From: a virus
Length of the DNA stretch: 16,114 bases
Virus record (IMG/VR): IMGVR_UViG_3300009780_000558
Direction: 5' to 3' (one strand)
The number at the start of each line of letters is the position of its first letter. Position 1 is the stretch's first letter. The notes under the pieces were generated by a model. The model was given only the letters and a program-made list of their open reading frames with translations, was not told the DNA's origin and did not search any database. The translations under genes and the position numbers were made by a program. Below, piece after piece: positions 7,342 through 16,114 of the stretch.

Positions 7342-9921
7342 GATATAGATATAGACACAGAACAACGTTATAGAGCAGATATATTAGCTTTATTGCAAGA
7401 TTACTTTGGTTATGAGAATGTTTTAAATTGCATGACTAAAGGTAAAATTAAAACAAAGAATTGTATTCTTACAGCCTGTAGAGGCTTAGGAATTGACAAT
7501 AATATCTCCAAAGACTTAACAAGCTTAATTCCCCATATAAAAGGTGGAGATTATTCGCTAGAAGATGTATTTTTTGGAAACGAGGAAAAAGGTTTCAAAA
7601 AAGTGGATGAATTTATTGAAAAAATTAAACAATATGAAGGATTAAAAGAAACAATGTTTCTTATAAACAATCTCACAGATAAGCGTTCTGTTCATGCATC
7701 TGCAATTTATATATTTCAAGATGGATTTTTAAAGCAAAATTCTTTAATGAAAAGTTCTAGTGGAATACCTATTACTGCATATACTATGTCAGATAGTGAT
7801 GAAATGGGTGGATTAAAGATGGATTTTTTAACAATAGAAGCATTAGATAAGTTACATAATGCTTTAGATATGTTAGTGGAAGAAGGTTTAATTCCCAAAG
7901 AAAAATCAGTAAAAGAATTATATGATAGTAATATTCATCCTAAACTATTAGACTATAACAATCCTAAAATTTGGGAACTATTAAATCAAAAGAAAATCAT
8001 GGATGCTTTCCAAATGGATAGCTTAGCAGGAATAAATACTATTGAAAATGTACAGCCAGCTAATCTAAGAGAGCTTGCATTAGCTAACTCTCTAATGCGT
8101 TTACAAGGCGAAGTATCACCAATGGAAAAGTATTGTAAACATAAGAAAAATCCACAACTATGGTATGATGAGATGAAAGAATATGGATTAACTCCTAATG
8201 AAATTAATCTATTTGAAAAACATCTAAAAGATAGTTTTGGGATTTCTGCTGAACAAGAACAAGTTATGTTGCTGTCTATGGACAAAGAAATTTGCGGATT
8301 TTCCATAGGAGAAGCAAATGCCTTAAGAAAAGCTATAGCTAAGAAAAAAGACGACTTAGTTAAGCCAATCAAAGAAAAAGTTTTTCTTAAAGCCCAAGAA
8401 TTAAATAATAGAAAAGAAGTGGCTAATTATTTTTGGGAGACTCAAGTTGTTCCACAATTAGGTTATGCTTTTAGTGTAAATCATACTGTCCCATATAGTG
8501 TTATATGTATTCAAGAAATGAATATCGCATATAAATATATGTTATTTTGGAATACAGCCTGTTTAAATATTAATTCATCATCTGTTGCTAATGAAGATGA
8601 ATTAGAAGAAGAATTAAATGAAAATATGATTGATATTTCAGCAATAGTTGAAGATGACGAAGAAGAAACGCAAACAACTATTAAAAAACAAGCAAAAACA
8701 GTAGACTACGATAAAATTTCTAAAGCTTTAGGATTATTAGGTAAAAGCAATATTTTACCACCATTGATAAATAAAGCTAAATATAGTTTTTATCCAGACA
8801 CTAAGGAAAATAAAATTCTTTATTCTTTAAATGCTATATCTAATGTAGATGAAAATTTATTGGATTTTATATTCTCTAATAGACCTTTTGTAAGTTTTGA
8901 TGATTTTTATGAAAAGTTTATGACTCTAGTTAACAATAAAGAAATTAAATTAAAAAAGAAAGCTATAATAAATTTAATTAAAGCAGGTTGCTTTGATGAA
9001 TTTGGTGAAAAAAGAGAAGATTTAATTAAAAAGTTTATTCTTAATTTTACTCCAAATTATAGTTTTGATGTAAATAAGATTCCAGAACTTATGGAAAACT
9101 TTTCTGAAATATTTGATACCGTAGACAAAGAAACTTATGATAAATATAGTGTTTGTAAAAGATATTCTACATATGTTCTAAAAAATAATAAAGTCTTATT
9201 ACAAACAGGCAAAGGAGACACTACAAAATGGTTAGAAATTATTGAAGATGATGAGATAGAATTTTTTGAAAATAACTTTAAAGATAATTTTGAGGAAGAA
9301 AAACATTATATTTCAATAGAAGATGGATATTCAGTTAAATATGGTAGCTTAAAAACCTACTGTGACAAAACAATTGAAGATTTAATAAATAAGATTAAAA
9401 ATTCAAACTTAGATGAAATGAAAGAAAAGATGAAAGAAAAATCTTATAAAGAAATATTTAATAAACTATGTGGACATAACATTGATTATTCAAGATGGGA
9501 GTTTGACAGCCTAGTAACTTATTTAAATTCTCACGAATTAGAAAAAGTAAATTTAAAAGCTTATAATATAGAAAATTTCAATACAATCAACGATAGTGAA
9601 ATATATAGAATTGCAGGAACTGTATTAGGAATAAATAAAAATAAGCATTTAATTTATTTGTTAACAACAGATTATTCAGTAGTTAATGTAAAATTTTATA
9701 ATAAAAATACATTTTTACATTATAATTCAAGCTTAGATGCTAACGATAATAAAGTAGATAGTTGGTTTAAAAGAGGAACAATATTGATGATTACAGGCAG
9801 AAGAAACAATGACTTATTTTCAGCTTGTAAGCCTTTTAAATCAAATCACTTAAGTCATTTTATTATAAAAGTTTCTAAGATTAATAATAATGGCGAAATA
9901 CAAACAGAAACAGAAAAGTGA
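7342..9921 (+). CDS. dnaE: DNA polymerase III alpha subunit (DnaE-type), exon 2: catalytic DIDID, fingers, C-terminal domains
   Basis: In-frame continuation after splicing: ...HFERPELP|DIDIDTEQRYRADILALLQDYFGYENVLN... HASAIYIFQDG, SSGIPITAYTMSDSDEMGGLKMDFLTIEALDKL, FSVNHTVPYSVICIQEMNIAYKY, C-terminal OB-like IYRIAGTVLGINKNKHLIYLLTTDY. Confidence 0.92.
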   Translation, partial: DIDIDTEQRYRADILALLQDYFGYENVLNCMTKGKIKTKNCILTACRGLGIDNNISKDLTSLIPHIKGGDYSLEDVFFGNEEKGFKKVDEFIEKIKQYEGLKETMFLINNLTDKRSVHASAIYIFQDGFLKQNSLMKSSSGIPITAYTMSDSDEMGGLKMDFLTIEALDKLHNALDMLVEEGLIPKEKSVKELYDSNIHPKLLDYNNPKIWELLNQKKIMDAFQMDSLAGINTIENVQPANLRELALANSLMRLQGEVSPMEKYCKHKKNPQLWYDEMKEYGLTPNEINLFEKHLKDSFGISAEQEQVMLLSMDKEICGFSIGEANALRKAIAKKKDDLVKPIKEKVFLKAQELNNRKEVANYFWETQVVPQLGYAFSVNHTVPYSVICIQEMNIAYKYMLFWNTACLNINSSSVANEDELEEELNENMIDISAIVEDDEEETQTTIKKQAKTVDYDKISKALGLLGKSNILPPLINKAKYSFYPDTKENKILYSLNAISNVDENLLDFIFSNRPFVSFDDFYEKFMTLVNNKEIKLKKKAIINLIKAGCFDEFGEKREDLIKKFILNFTPNYSFDVNKIPELMENFSEIFDTVDKETYDKYSVCKRYSTYVLKNNKVLLQTGKGDTTKWLEIIEDDEIEFFENNFKDNFEEEKHYISIEDGYSVKYGSLKTYCDKTIEDLINKIKNSNLDEMKEKMKEKSYKEIFNKLCGHNIDYSRWEFDSLVTYLNSHELEKVNLKAYNIENFNTINDSEIYRIAGTVLGINKNKHLIYLLTTDYSVVNVKFYNKNTFLHYNSSLDANDNKVDSWFKRGTILMITGRRNNDLFSACKPFKSNHLSHFIIKVSKINNNGEIQTETEK

Positions 9922-9928
9922 GGCATTT

Positions 9929-10309
9929 ATGACAAATAAAAAACTAAAACATCTTCAAAACCATATATATGGGATTAAATCAACAATAGAGGAATTAAAA
10001 ATTATAAATAAAAATAAAGACAATATTTATGCGTGGAGAGAAAAAGTGTTAATATATAATTTATTATCAAATTTAAAACATAGTTTGAAAATTTCAAATG
10101 AATTATATTCTAGCTTATTATTTTTATTTTTTAGAGCGACAAAATGTAAAAATAATATAGCACAAGATTTTAGAGTTGGTGTAAGAGCTAATATTATAGA
10201 TAGTATAAATAAAATTGACTCTTATAAAGCTTTCAATATAAAAACTATGTTATTATTATTGGAAAGCAATATAAAATCAATAGAAAAAACTTTAGAAAAA
10301 TTTATATAG
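9929..10309 (+). CDS. Hypothetical protein, predicted mostly helical (126 aa)
   Basis: ATG 9929 lies just after the dnaE stop, with GTGAGG upstream. The supplied start at 9890 would overlap dnaE. No recognised motif. Confidence 0.65.
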   Translation: MTNKKLKHLQNHIYGIKSTIEELKIINKNKDNIYAWREKVLIYNLLSNLKHSLKISNELYSSLLFLFFRATKCKNNIAQDFRVGVRANIIDSINKIDSYKAFNIKTMLLLLESNIKSIEKTLEKFI

Positions 10310-10322
10310 AGTGAGGTAGAAG

Positions 10323-12959
10323 ATGGAAGAAATTAAAGATGAATTTAAAATAGTCGAAACAAAAGACTATAATCAATTTGAAAAGAAAATTAATATAGCA
10401 AAAGAAAATGGAGAAAACGCATTAATTGTTGAACCTTTGTTTAGAATTTATCCTAAGAAAGATGCTAAATTTGAAAAAGGTTGGTGTATAATTTCATGGA
10501 AAATTATAAGAAATTTATATTCTCCAGAACCTATAAAAGCTGATAGAGTTAATCAAATTGTTACCGTAGGAGAAATAGCTTTTAATCCGTTTCCTTTAGA
10601 AAACGAAGAAAAGAAACAATTTTTTCTCAAGTGTAAATTAGAATATAATGAAAAATTTAGTAGAGAACAATACTCTACTAAATTATGCGAAATGTTTTTA
10701 GACTTAAATAATACTGAAAATCAAAAGAAATATCTAAGAGAAATATTAACTGAAAATCAAGTAGAAAATATGTATGAAACTTTAGAAAACCCCTTTGACA
10801 GTATTTTTGAAAAAGATATCGTATCTTTAATGAAAGTTAAAGGACTGGGAGAAAAAACAATCGAAACACTAATTGGTAAATATAACAGCCATTTAGAAAA
10901 AAGTATTTTGTTAGTTGAATTAGCTGAATTAGAACTTTCAGATGAACAAATTGATACAATGTTAACAGGAGTTGAAAACTTTAGCGAGTTAATCATGACA
11001 ATGAGAAGAAATCCTTATTCATTAATAAAGAAAATCCCTAGATTAGGATTTCTAAAAGCTGATATGTATGCTAAAAAATTAGGTTTTGATTTGACATCTG
11101 TTCTAAGAATAGGTTCTTATATTCAATATTTTCTACATGATAATCTTGAAAATGGAAATGCTTGGGTTTATGCTTATGAATTAAATCAAGCTATGGAAAA
11201 AGATTTAGACTTAGACATTAATTTCAAAGAATTTAGCATGGATGAAAAATTAACAAATGGTTACACTAAAGATAATAACATAGCAGAAACAATGTATAGA
11301 TTAGAAAATGGCGGAGAAATTGTAGTAAGAAATAATGAAAATTCTGATATGAGAAGAATTGTATTGTCTTATTATGTTGATATTGAAAAAAAGATTGCTG
11401 AAAGATTAGCTAACATTTCTTACTATGAGTATGAAAAAACAATAGAAGATGCAGAAATAAGACTAAAAGAAATGGAGGAAATTACAGGATTATCTTGCAA
11501 CGAAAAACAAAAATTAGCTATAAAATATGCTTTAGAAGAAAAAATATTAATTATAACAGGTAAAGCAGGAACAGGTAAATCTCATACTTTGAAAAACCTA
11601 TTAGCTGCTTTAAATGAAGAAAAAATAAGTCAAAATTTACCTAGTAATATTCAAAAAAGAGAAAATCAAGAAGATGAAAATTATTCTAAGGCAATATTAG
11701 TTTCATTCACAGGTAAAGCAGTAGCTAGAATGGCAGCTGCAAGTGGAATTGAAGCCAAAACTATTAATAGATTAATAGTTGAACTAAAAGGCAAATCAAA
11801 AGAAAAAATAGAACAAGATATTATTATTATAGATGAGTTCACAATGACACCTGTAGAGCTATTCTGTGAGTTTTTATCTTATATTAAGCCTAGTAGTAAG
11901 CTAATCTTACTAGGCGATATACACCAATTACAGAGTATTGGTGCAGGTAATTTAGGATATGATTTATTAAACTTTGAGGGAATTAAGCACATTGTTTTAA
12001 CTGAAAATATGAGACAAGATGGTGAAAGTAAAATAATTGAATTTTGCGATAAAATTCTACTAGGTAAGCCTTTTTTACCTACTTTTCAACCTGGTGATGA
12101 TTGTGATTTCTTTACAAGTAATAATTCAGAAAGTTTAAAAGAAAATATATTAAATACTTTTAAAGAGATGTGGCACAATAATATAATAGAAAATAAACAA
12201 GATTTTCTATTTTTATCTCCTGTAAAAGAAAAAGGAGAGCTATCTTGTCTGTCTTTGAATAAAGCAATTCAAGAGATTATTAATCCACAGAGTATGATAG
12301 ATGAATTTATAAAAAAAGAAATTCCTATAACGTATAAAAATGAAGCTAGAAATTATACTCTAAGAGTTGGAGATATAGTTATTAATTTAGTTAATAATTA
12401 TACAGCAAAAAACATAAATTTATCCACATTTAAATTAGCAAAAGAAAAAGATATGAATATAAATTGGAAAGAAGAAAAAATAAATTTCATAGAAAAATAT
12501 ATTGCTGACAATCCTAAAGAATTAGAAAAACAAAAAAACACAATAGCAGACGAAAACAAAGGTAAGTTATTAATGGAAACAGCTATATTTAATGGTTGGC
12601 TTGGAGAGTTAGTTTATTTAGATGAAGTTAATAAAGAAGGTATTTTTAAATTTAATGAAGGTTCAGGATTATATGTGTTTGATTTTGAAGATATTAAAGA
12701 TAAAATAACATTAGGATATTCAATTTCTACACATAAATCTCAAGGAGGGGAGTGGAAATATTTATTTTTTGCATTAGATTTTAGCAGCTATAGCTTACTA
12801 ACGAGAGAAATATTATATACTTCTGCATCACGTGCTAAGAAATTCTTGTTTTGTAGTGTAAATGAAAAAGCTTTTAATCTAGCTTTAAAGCAAGTTGATA
12901 CTAAAGTTAGAAGAAGTGAATTATTACAGCATTTAGAGAAAGAATACAAAAAACTATAA
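10323..12959 (+). CDS. recD2: RecD2-like superfamily 1 DNA helicase
   Basis: Helix-hairpin-helix repeats (SLMKVKGLGEKTIETLIGKY; LIKKIPRLGFLKADMYAKKLG), Walker A LIITGKAGTGKSHTLKNLL, Walker B DIIIIDEFTM, LLGDIHQLQSIGAG, LTENMRQDG, C-terminal GYSISTHKSQGGEWKYLFFALD and LLTREILYTSASRAKKFLF. Confidence 0.88.
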   Translation: MEEIKDEFKIVETKDYNQFEKKINIAKENGENALIVEPLFRIYPKKDAKFEKGWCIISWKIIRNLYSPEPIKADRVNQIVTVGEIAFNPFPLENEEKKQFFLKCKLEYNEKFSREQYSTKLCEMFLDLNNTENQKKYLREILTENQVENMYETLENPFDSIFEKDIVSLMKVKGLGEKTIETLIGKYNSHLEKSILLVELAELELSDEQIDTMLTGVENFSELIMTMRRNPYSLIKKIPRLGFLKADMYAKKLGFDLTSVLRIGSYIQYFLHDNLENGNAWVYAYELNQAMEKDLDLDINFKEFSMDEKLTNGYTKDNNIAETMYRLENGGEIVVRNNENSDMRRIVLSYYVDIEKKIAERLANISYYEYEKTIEDAEIRLKEMEEITGLSCNEKQKLAIKYALEEKILIITGKAGTGKSHTLKNLLAALNEEKISQNLPSNIQKRENQEDENYSKAILVSFTGKAVARMAAASGIEAKTINRLIVELKGKSKEKIEQDIIIIDEFTMTPVELFCEFLSYIKPSSKLILLGDIHQLQSIGAGNLGYDLLNFEGIKHIVLTENMRQDGESKIIEFCDKILLGKPFLPTFQPGDDCDFFTSNNSESLKENILNTFKEMWHNNIIENKQDFLFLSPVKEKGELSCLSLNKAIQEIINPQSMIDEFIKKEIPITYKNEARNYTLRVGDIVINLVNNYTAKNINLSTFKLAKEKDMNINWKEEKINFIEKYIADNPKELEKQKNTIADENKGKLLMETAIFNGWLGELVYLDEVNKEGIFKFNEGSGLYVFDFEDIKDKITLGYSISTHKSQGGEWKYLFFALDFSSYSLLTREILYTSASRAKKFLFCSVNEKAFNLALKQVDTKVRRSELLQHLEKEYKKL

Positions 12960-13001
12960 GAAAATTCTACAGAAAATATTCGCAAAATCTAATAAATTTT
13001 C

Positions 13002-13030
13002 TTGACATTTGTTAGATTTTGTGATATAAT
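13002..13030 (+). promoter_or_regulatory. Consensus extended -10 promoter (P3) upstream of the kinase-like and nrdD genes
   Basis: TTGACA (13002-13007), 17-nt spacer TTTGTTAGATTTTGTGA, TATAAT (13025-13030). Differs from P1 (5255-5283) at one position. Confidence 0.87.
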
Positions 13031-13064
13031 AGTAAGTACACATCTTATAAGAAAGGGTGATATT

Positions 13065-13805
13065 TTGGTTTTTATAATAGGCAAACAATCAAGTGGAAAA
13101 AGAGATTTATACAATCACTTAATTCAACGTTCTTTAGGTGTCAAAAAAGTATTAAAATTAAGACCTTTAAGAATGGACACAAATAAGTCTTTAGTAGAAG
13201 CAGGAAGTACAAGAGGATATAATTATTTATCAAAAGAAAAAATGAAAAAAATATTAAAAAACTCAATGGAGAGAGAAAAATATTTATTTATTTTTAAAAG
13301 AGGTAAAAAACATTATTATGCTCTTGAGAAGAAAGAATTTAATTATCGTGATACTATAGTCTGTACGCCAAATCAATTTATGATTATTTACAAATACATT
13401 CTTGAGACAGAGCAAACAGACTTAGATATTACAATCATTTATTTAAAAGTAGACGAAAATACAAGGCTTATGAAAATGCTTGAAAATGGAGAAAGAATTA
13501 ATGAGATAATGAAAAGAGAGAATGGTGATAAATCTCAATTCACTCATTTTGAAAAAGAAGTTTTAGGCAAAAATGAAAGATTAAAAAACAATACAATTGC
13601 TATTGAAAACAATGGCTATTCTTTATCTAATGTTGAAATGGAAACATTTATAATTAAAGAATTAATTAAAATGGGTAAAACTTTTTATTTAAGTGACTTA
13701 AAAATGCTTAAGTTAGAAAAAGAAAAGTTAAGATACAAAAAATATCGTACCACAAAAAGAAGAATAAAGAAGGAGACAGAAGATGAATTCAAATTTAAAC
13801 TATAA
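13065..13805 (+). CDS. Guanylate-kinase-like / NMP-kinase-like P-loop protein
   Basis: TTG start at 13065 with AAAGGGTG RBS-like sequence. P-loop-like VFIIGKQSSGKRDLYNHLI, then KLRPLR...RGYNYLSKEKMKKI, resembling the guanylate kinase TxRPxR...dYxFvs..eF arrangement. The supplied start (13002) lies on the -35 box of P3. Confidence 0.6.
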   Translation: MVFIIGKQSSGKRDLYNHLIQRSLGVKKVLKLRPLRMDTNKSLVEAGSTRGYNYLSKEKMKKILKNSMEREKYLFIFKRGKKHYYALEKKEFNYRDTIVCTPNQFMIIYKYILETEQTDLDITIIYLKVDENTRLMKMLENGERINEIMKRENGDKSQFTHFEKEVLGKNERLKNNTIAIENNGYSLSNVEMETFIIKELIKMGKTFYLSDLKMLKLEKEKLRYKKYRTTKRRIKKETEDEFKFKL

Positions 13806-16114
13806 TCAATTTAAAAATTCAATCAAGTTAGAAACAAAAAATGAGGGCAAATTAATTACTAAAAGAGATGGCAACAAATCTAAATTTAACATTCATAAAA
13901 TATTTTTAGCTGTATTAGCGGCTTTAAAATCTTCCAAAGAGGGAGATACAGAACAAGCACAAAATATCACAAAAATAATTGATGATACTCTATCGTATGT
14001 AGAAAATATCTCAGTAGAAGATATACAAAATATAGTAGAAAAAACATTAATGATTGAAGGTTTTCTAGAAACAGCTAAAGCTTATATTATTTATAGAAAA
14101 GAGCATCAAGATAATAGAGAATTTCTCGATTTGTTGATGGAAAAAATCAAAAGAATATCAGTAGAGACTAATAAAGATAATGCTAATATAGGACATAGTC
14201 CCGCTAGTAAAATGTATCAAATAGGTGCAGAAGCTAGCAAAGCGTACTATAGAAAATATGGTATTCCTAAAAAAATAGTTAAAGAAGTGGTAGATGGATT
14301 TATCCACCTACATGATGAGGATTACTTTGATAAAACAATAAACTGTTTATCAATTCCTCTTAAAAAGATTTTAACCAATATGTTAAAATATCCTTTAGAA
14401 TACACCACATTAGCTAATCCTAAGCGTATAGCAACTGCATCAAGCTTAGCAGGTATAATTCTTCAAAGAATTTCAAACGATGTCTTTGGCGGCACTATGT
14501 TGCCTAATTTAGATATTTGTTTTCAAGAAATGATTGATGAAGGATTTCTTGAAAAACCTACAGAAAAAGAAGTTCAACAAGCTATGCAAAGTTTAATTTG
14601 TAATTTACAAACTTTACGCTCAAGAGCAGGAAATCAAATCCCATTTAGTTCAATTACTTTAGGATTAAGTTCTGGTAAATACGGTAGAATGGTTACAAAG
14701 TATATTCTCGAAGAGTTTATCAAAGGAGATGCAATAGGTAGTACATTTATTTTCCCTAATTTAACTTTTAAATTACTAAAAGGAATTAACTTTGAAAAAG
14801 AAGATGTAAACTATGACCTATATCAATTAGCATTAAAAGCAGCAGGAAGTAGAATGAACCCTACATTCACTCTATTAGATAGCCCTGTTTATGCTAAATA
14901 TAAGCCTAGAGAAGTTAATATTATGGGATGTACAGATGGAAATGAGATAATAACATATAAATTTGAAGGCAATTTATATGTGGAGTCTTTTAAAAGAATG
15001 TGGGATAGATTATCTAAACATTTTAATCCTAAAGAACAAATTCCTGAACAGCCTCATTTATACATGGATTTAACAAACGTTGAAATTTATGATACAAAAG
15101 AAGGTTTTGTAGATACAAAAAGAATTATAAGAAATGTTAGCAAAGATTGGTTAAATATAAAATTTTCAAATGGAAGGTCTTTATTTTGCACAACAGACCA
15201 TCCTTTTGAAACAAACAAAGGAATGGTTTTAGCAAAAGACTTAGACGAAACTCACACTATATTAACAAACACAAAACAATACCATGAAGAAAAACAAATT
15301 TTTAATCCAGAAAAAGCATGGTTGTTAGGTTTCATACTTTGTGATGGTTGTTATGCTAATGGATTAGTATCTTCCATTGCTGCAAAATCAGAAGATGATA
15401 TAGAAGCTTTTTATATACAGGCTTGCAAAAATCACTTTAATCTTGAGACAAAAACAGTTTTAAGAGAAAGAGGAGTAAAAGGAACTTATAAAGAGTTAAT
15501 CTCAATTAAAACAGGAAAAATACTAAAATACTTAAGAGAAGAATTTGAAGGAGTAAAAAAATTAGATAGACATATTCCTAATGAGGTTTTCTCTTGGGAT
15601 TATGAAAGTAGATTAAGCTTTTTAATCGGGATGATAGATGCTGATGGATATATAAATCCTAAAAGCTCTAATATTCAAATTGGTTCTACTAACAAAGAAT
15701 TAGCCCTACAACAAATGGCATTAGCACAGACATTAAATATGCCATCTAAAGTTTATCAAAATCATTATAATCCAAAAGACAAAAGTAAAATAAGATATCA
15801 AGTATACTTTCCTCCTACACAAGAACTAATAGAAAAACTAGTTTGCGAAAAGAAGAAAAACAATTATAAAGAAAAAATAATTGAAGATATAAACACAGTC
15901 GAAGCTCAAGTAGTAGAAAAAATTAAAGTAGAAAAAGAAGATTTTAGCTATGATGTAACTACTGCTTCAGAACATTTTGAAGTTAGTGGAATATATAGTC
16001 ACAATTGTAGAACGTTTGTTTTAGGAAATGTAAATGGAGAAGAAGTATCAGAGGGTAGGGGAAATTTATTCCCAACAACATTAAATCTTCCTAGAATTGC
16101 CTTAGTTTCTAAGG
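13783..16114 (+). CDS. nrdD: Anaerobic (class III) ribonucleoside-triphosphate reductase with in-frame intein; truncated by window end
   Basis: Manual translation is open from ATG 13783 (AAGGAGACAGAAG upstream) to the window end. N-terminal ATP-cone-like KLITKRDGNKSKFNIHKIFLAVLAAL. Class III motifs HLHDEDYFDKTINCLSIPLKK, IATASSLAGIILQRISNDVFGG, LRSRAGNQIPFSSITLG, SRMNPTFTLLDSPV. Split motif IMG|CRTFVLGNVNGEE. Overlaps the upstream CDS by 23 nt. Confidence 0.9.
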   Translation, partial: MNSNLNYNQFKNSIKLETKNEGKLITKRDGNKSKFNIHKIFLAVLAALKSSKEGDTEQAQNITKIIDDTLSYVENISVEDIQNIVEKTLMIEGFLETAKAYIIYRKEHQDNREFLDLLMEKIKRISVETNKDNANIGHSPASKMYQIGAEASKAYYRKYGIPKKIVKEVVDGFIHLHDEDYFDKTINCLSIPLKKILTNMLKYPLEYTTLANPKRIATASSLAGIILQRISNDVFGGTMLPNLDICFQEMIDEGFLEKPTEKEVQQAMQSLICNLQTLRSRAGNQIPFSSITLGLSSGKYGRMVTKYILEEFIKGDAIGSTFIFPNLTFKLLKGINFEKEDVNYDLYQLALKAAGSRMNPTFTLLDSPVYAKYKPREVNIMGCTDGNEIITYKFEGNLYVESFKRMWDRLSKHFNPKEQIPEQPHLYMDLTNVEIYDTKEGFVDTKRIIRNVSKDWLNIKFSNGRSLFCTTDHPFETNKGMVLAKDLDETHTILTNTKQYHEEKQIFNPEKAWLLGFILCDGCYANGLVSSIAAKSEDDIEAFYIQACKNHFNLETKTVLRERGVKGTYKELISIKTGKILKYLREEFEGVKKLDRHIPNEVFSWDYESRLSFLIGMIDADGYINPKSSNIQIGSTNKELALQQMALAQTLNMPSKVYQNHYNPKDKSKIRYQVYFPPTQELIEKLVCEKKKNNYKEKIIEDINTVEAQVVEKIKVEKEDFSYDVTTASEHFEVSGIYSHNCRTFVLGNVNGEEVSEGRGNLFPTTLNLPRIALVSK
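14929..16005 (+). mobile_element. Intein with LAGLIDADG homing endonuclease inserted in NrdD (359 aa)
   Basis: N-terminal Cys, block A (CTDGNEIITY), block B (GRSLFCTTDHPFET, TxxH), dodecapeptide-type endonuclease motifs AWLLGFILCDGC and LSFLIGMIDADGYI, block F YDVTTASEHFEVSGIYSHN, C-terminal His-Asn, +1 Cys in the extein (CRTFVL). The frame is continuous. Confidence 0.94.

Noticed and set aside
9890-9928. Start of the 139-aa ORF at 9890
   Set aside because: This would overlap the dnaE 3' end by 32 nt. ATG 9929 directly after the dnaE stop fits the compact organisation better.
5983-12985. Minus-strand ORFs (5983-6225, 7716-7898, 7986-8372, 10757-10996, 12788-12985)
   Set aside because: They lie almost entirely inside well-supported plus-strand coding sequence, are short and have no recognisable motifs. 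Likely shadow ORFs.
13002-13064. Start of the kinase-like ORF at TTG 13002
   Set aside because: 13002 is the first base of the -35 TTGACA of promoter P3. TTG 13065 follows an AAAGGGTG RBS-like sequence and begins just before the P-loop.
1-16114. CRISPR array, tRNA genes, toxin-antitoxin, retron/DGR or defence island
   Set aside because: No regularly spaced direct repeats, no cloverleaf sequences, and no reverse transcriptase, Cas or typical defence domains found by reading the ORFs. This was a visual assessment only; tRNAscan-SE, CRISPR finders and HMM searches were not run.

Overview
AT-rich, densely packed, all-plus-strand window that looks like the DNA replication / nucleotide metabolism module of a large phage or phage-like element of a low-GC host (host and element type are inference). 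Gene order: small hypothetical (91-531) > DnaB-like helicase > DnaG-like primase > RecJ-like DHH exonuclease > noncoding locus with a candidate ~100-nt small RNA > DnaE-type DNA polymerase III alpha split by a 368-nt ORF-less group I intron > small hypothetical > RecD2-like helicase > guanylate-kinase-like P-loop protein > class III (anaerobic) ribonucleotide reductase NrdD, truncated by the window end and carrying a 359-aa LAGLIDADG intein. The nrdD frame is missing from the supplied ORF track because it has no stop codon before the window end. Strongest observations: (1) both splice junctions of the dnaE intron can be placed (6974-7341). P1 and P10 pairings support them, and splicing restores the catalytic PELP|DIDID motif. 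(2) The NrdD intein (14929-16005) sits exactly at the MG|C-R-T motif. (3) A candidate stand-alone small RNA (5290-~5387) has a consensus promoter, a 5'-terminal GAAA-tetraloop hairpin and an intrinsic terminator. (4) Three near-identical extended -10 promoters precede the sRNA, dnaE and the kinase-like/nrdD cluster. I see no CRISPR array, tRNA or recognisable defence system, and no clear evidence of a wholly new multi-gene system.
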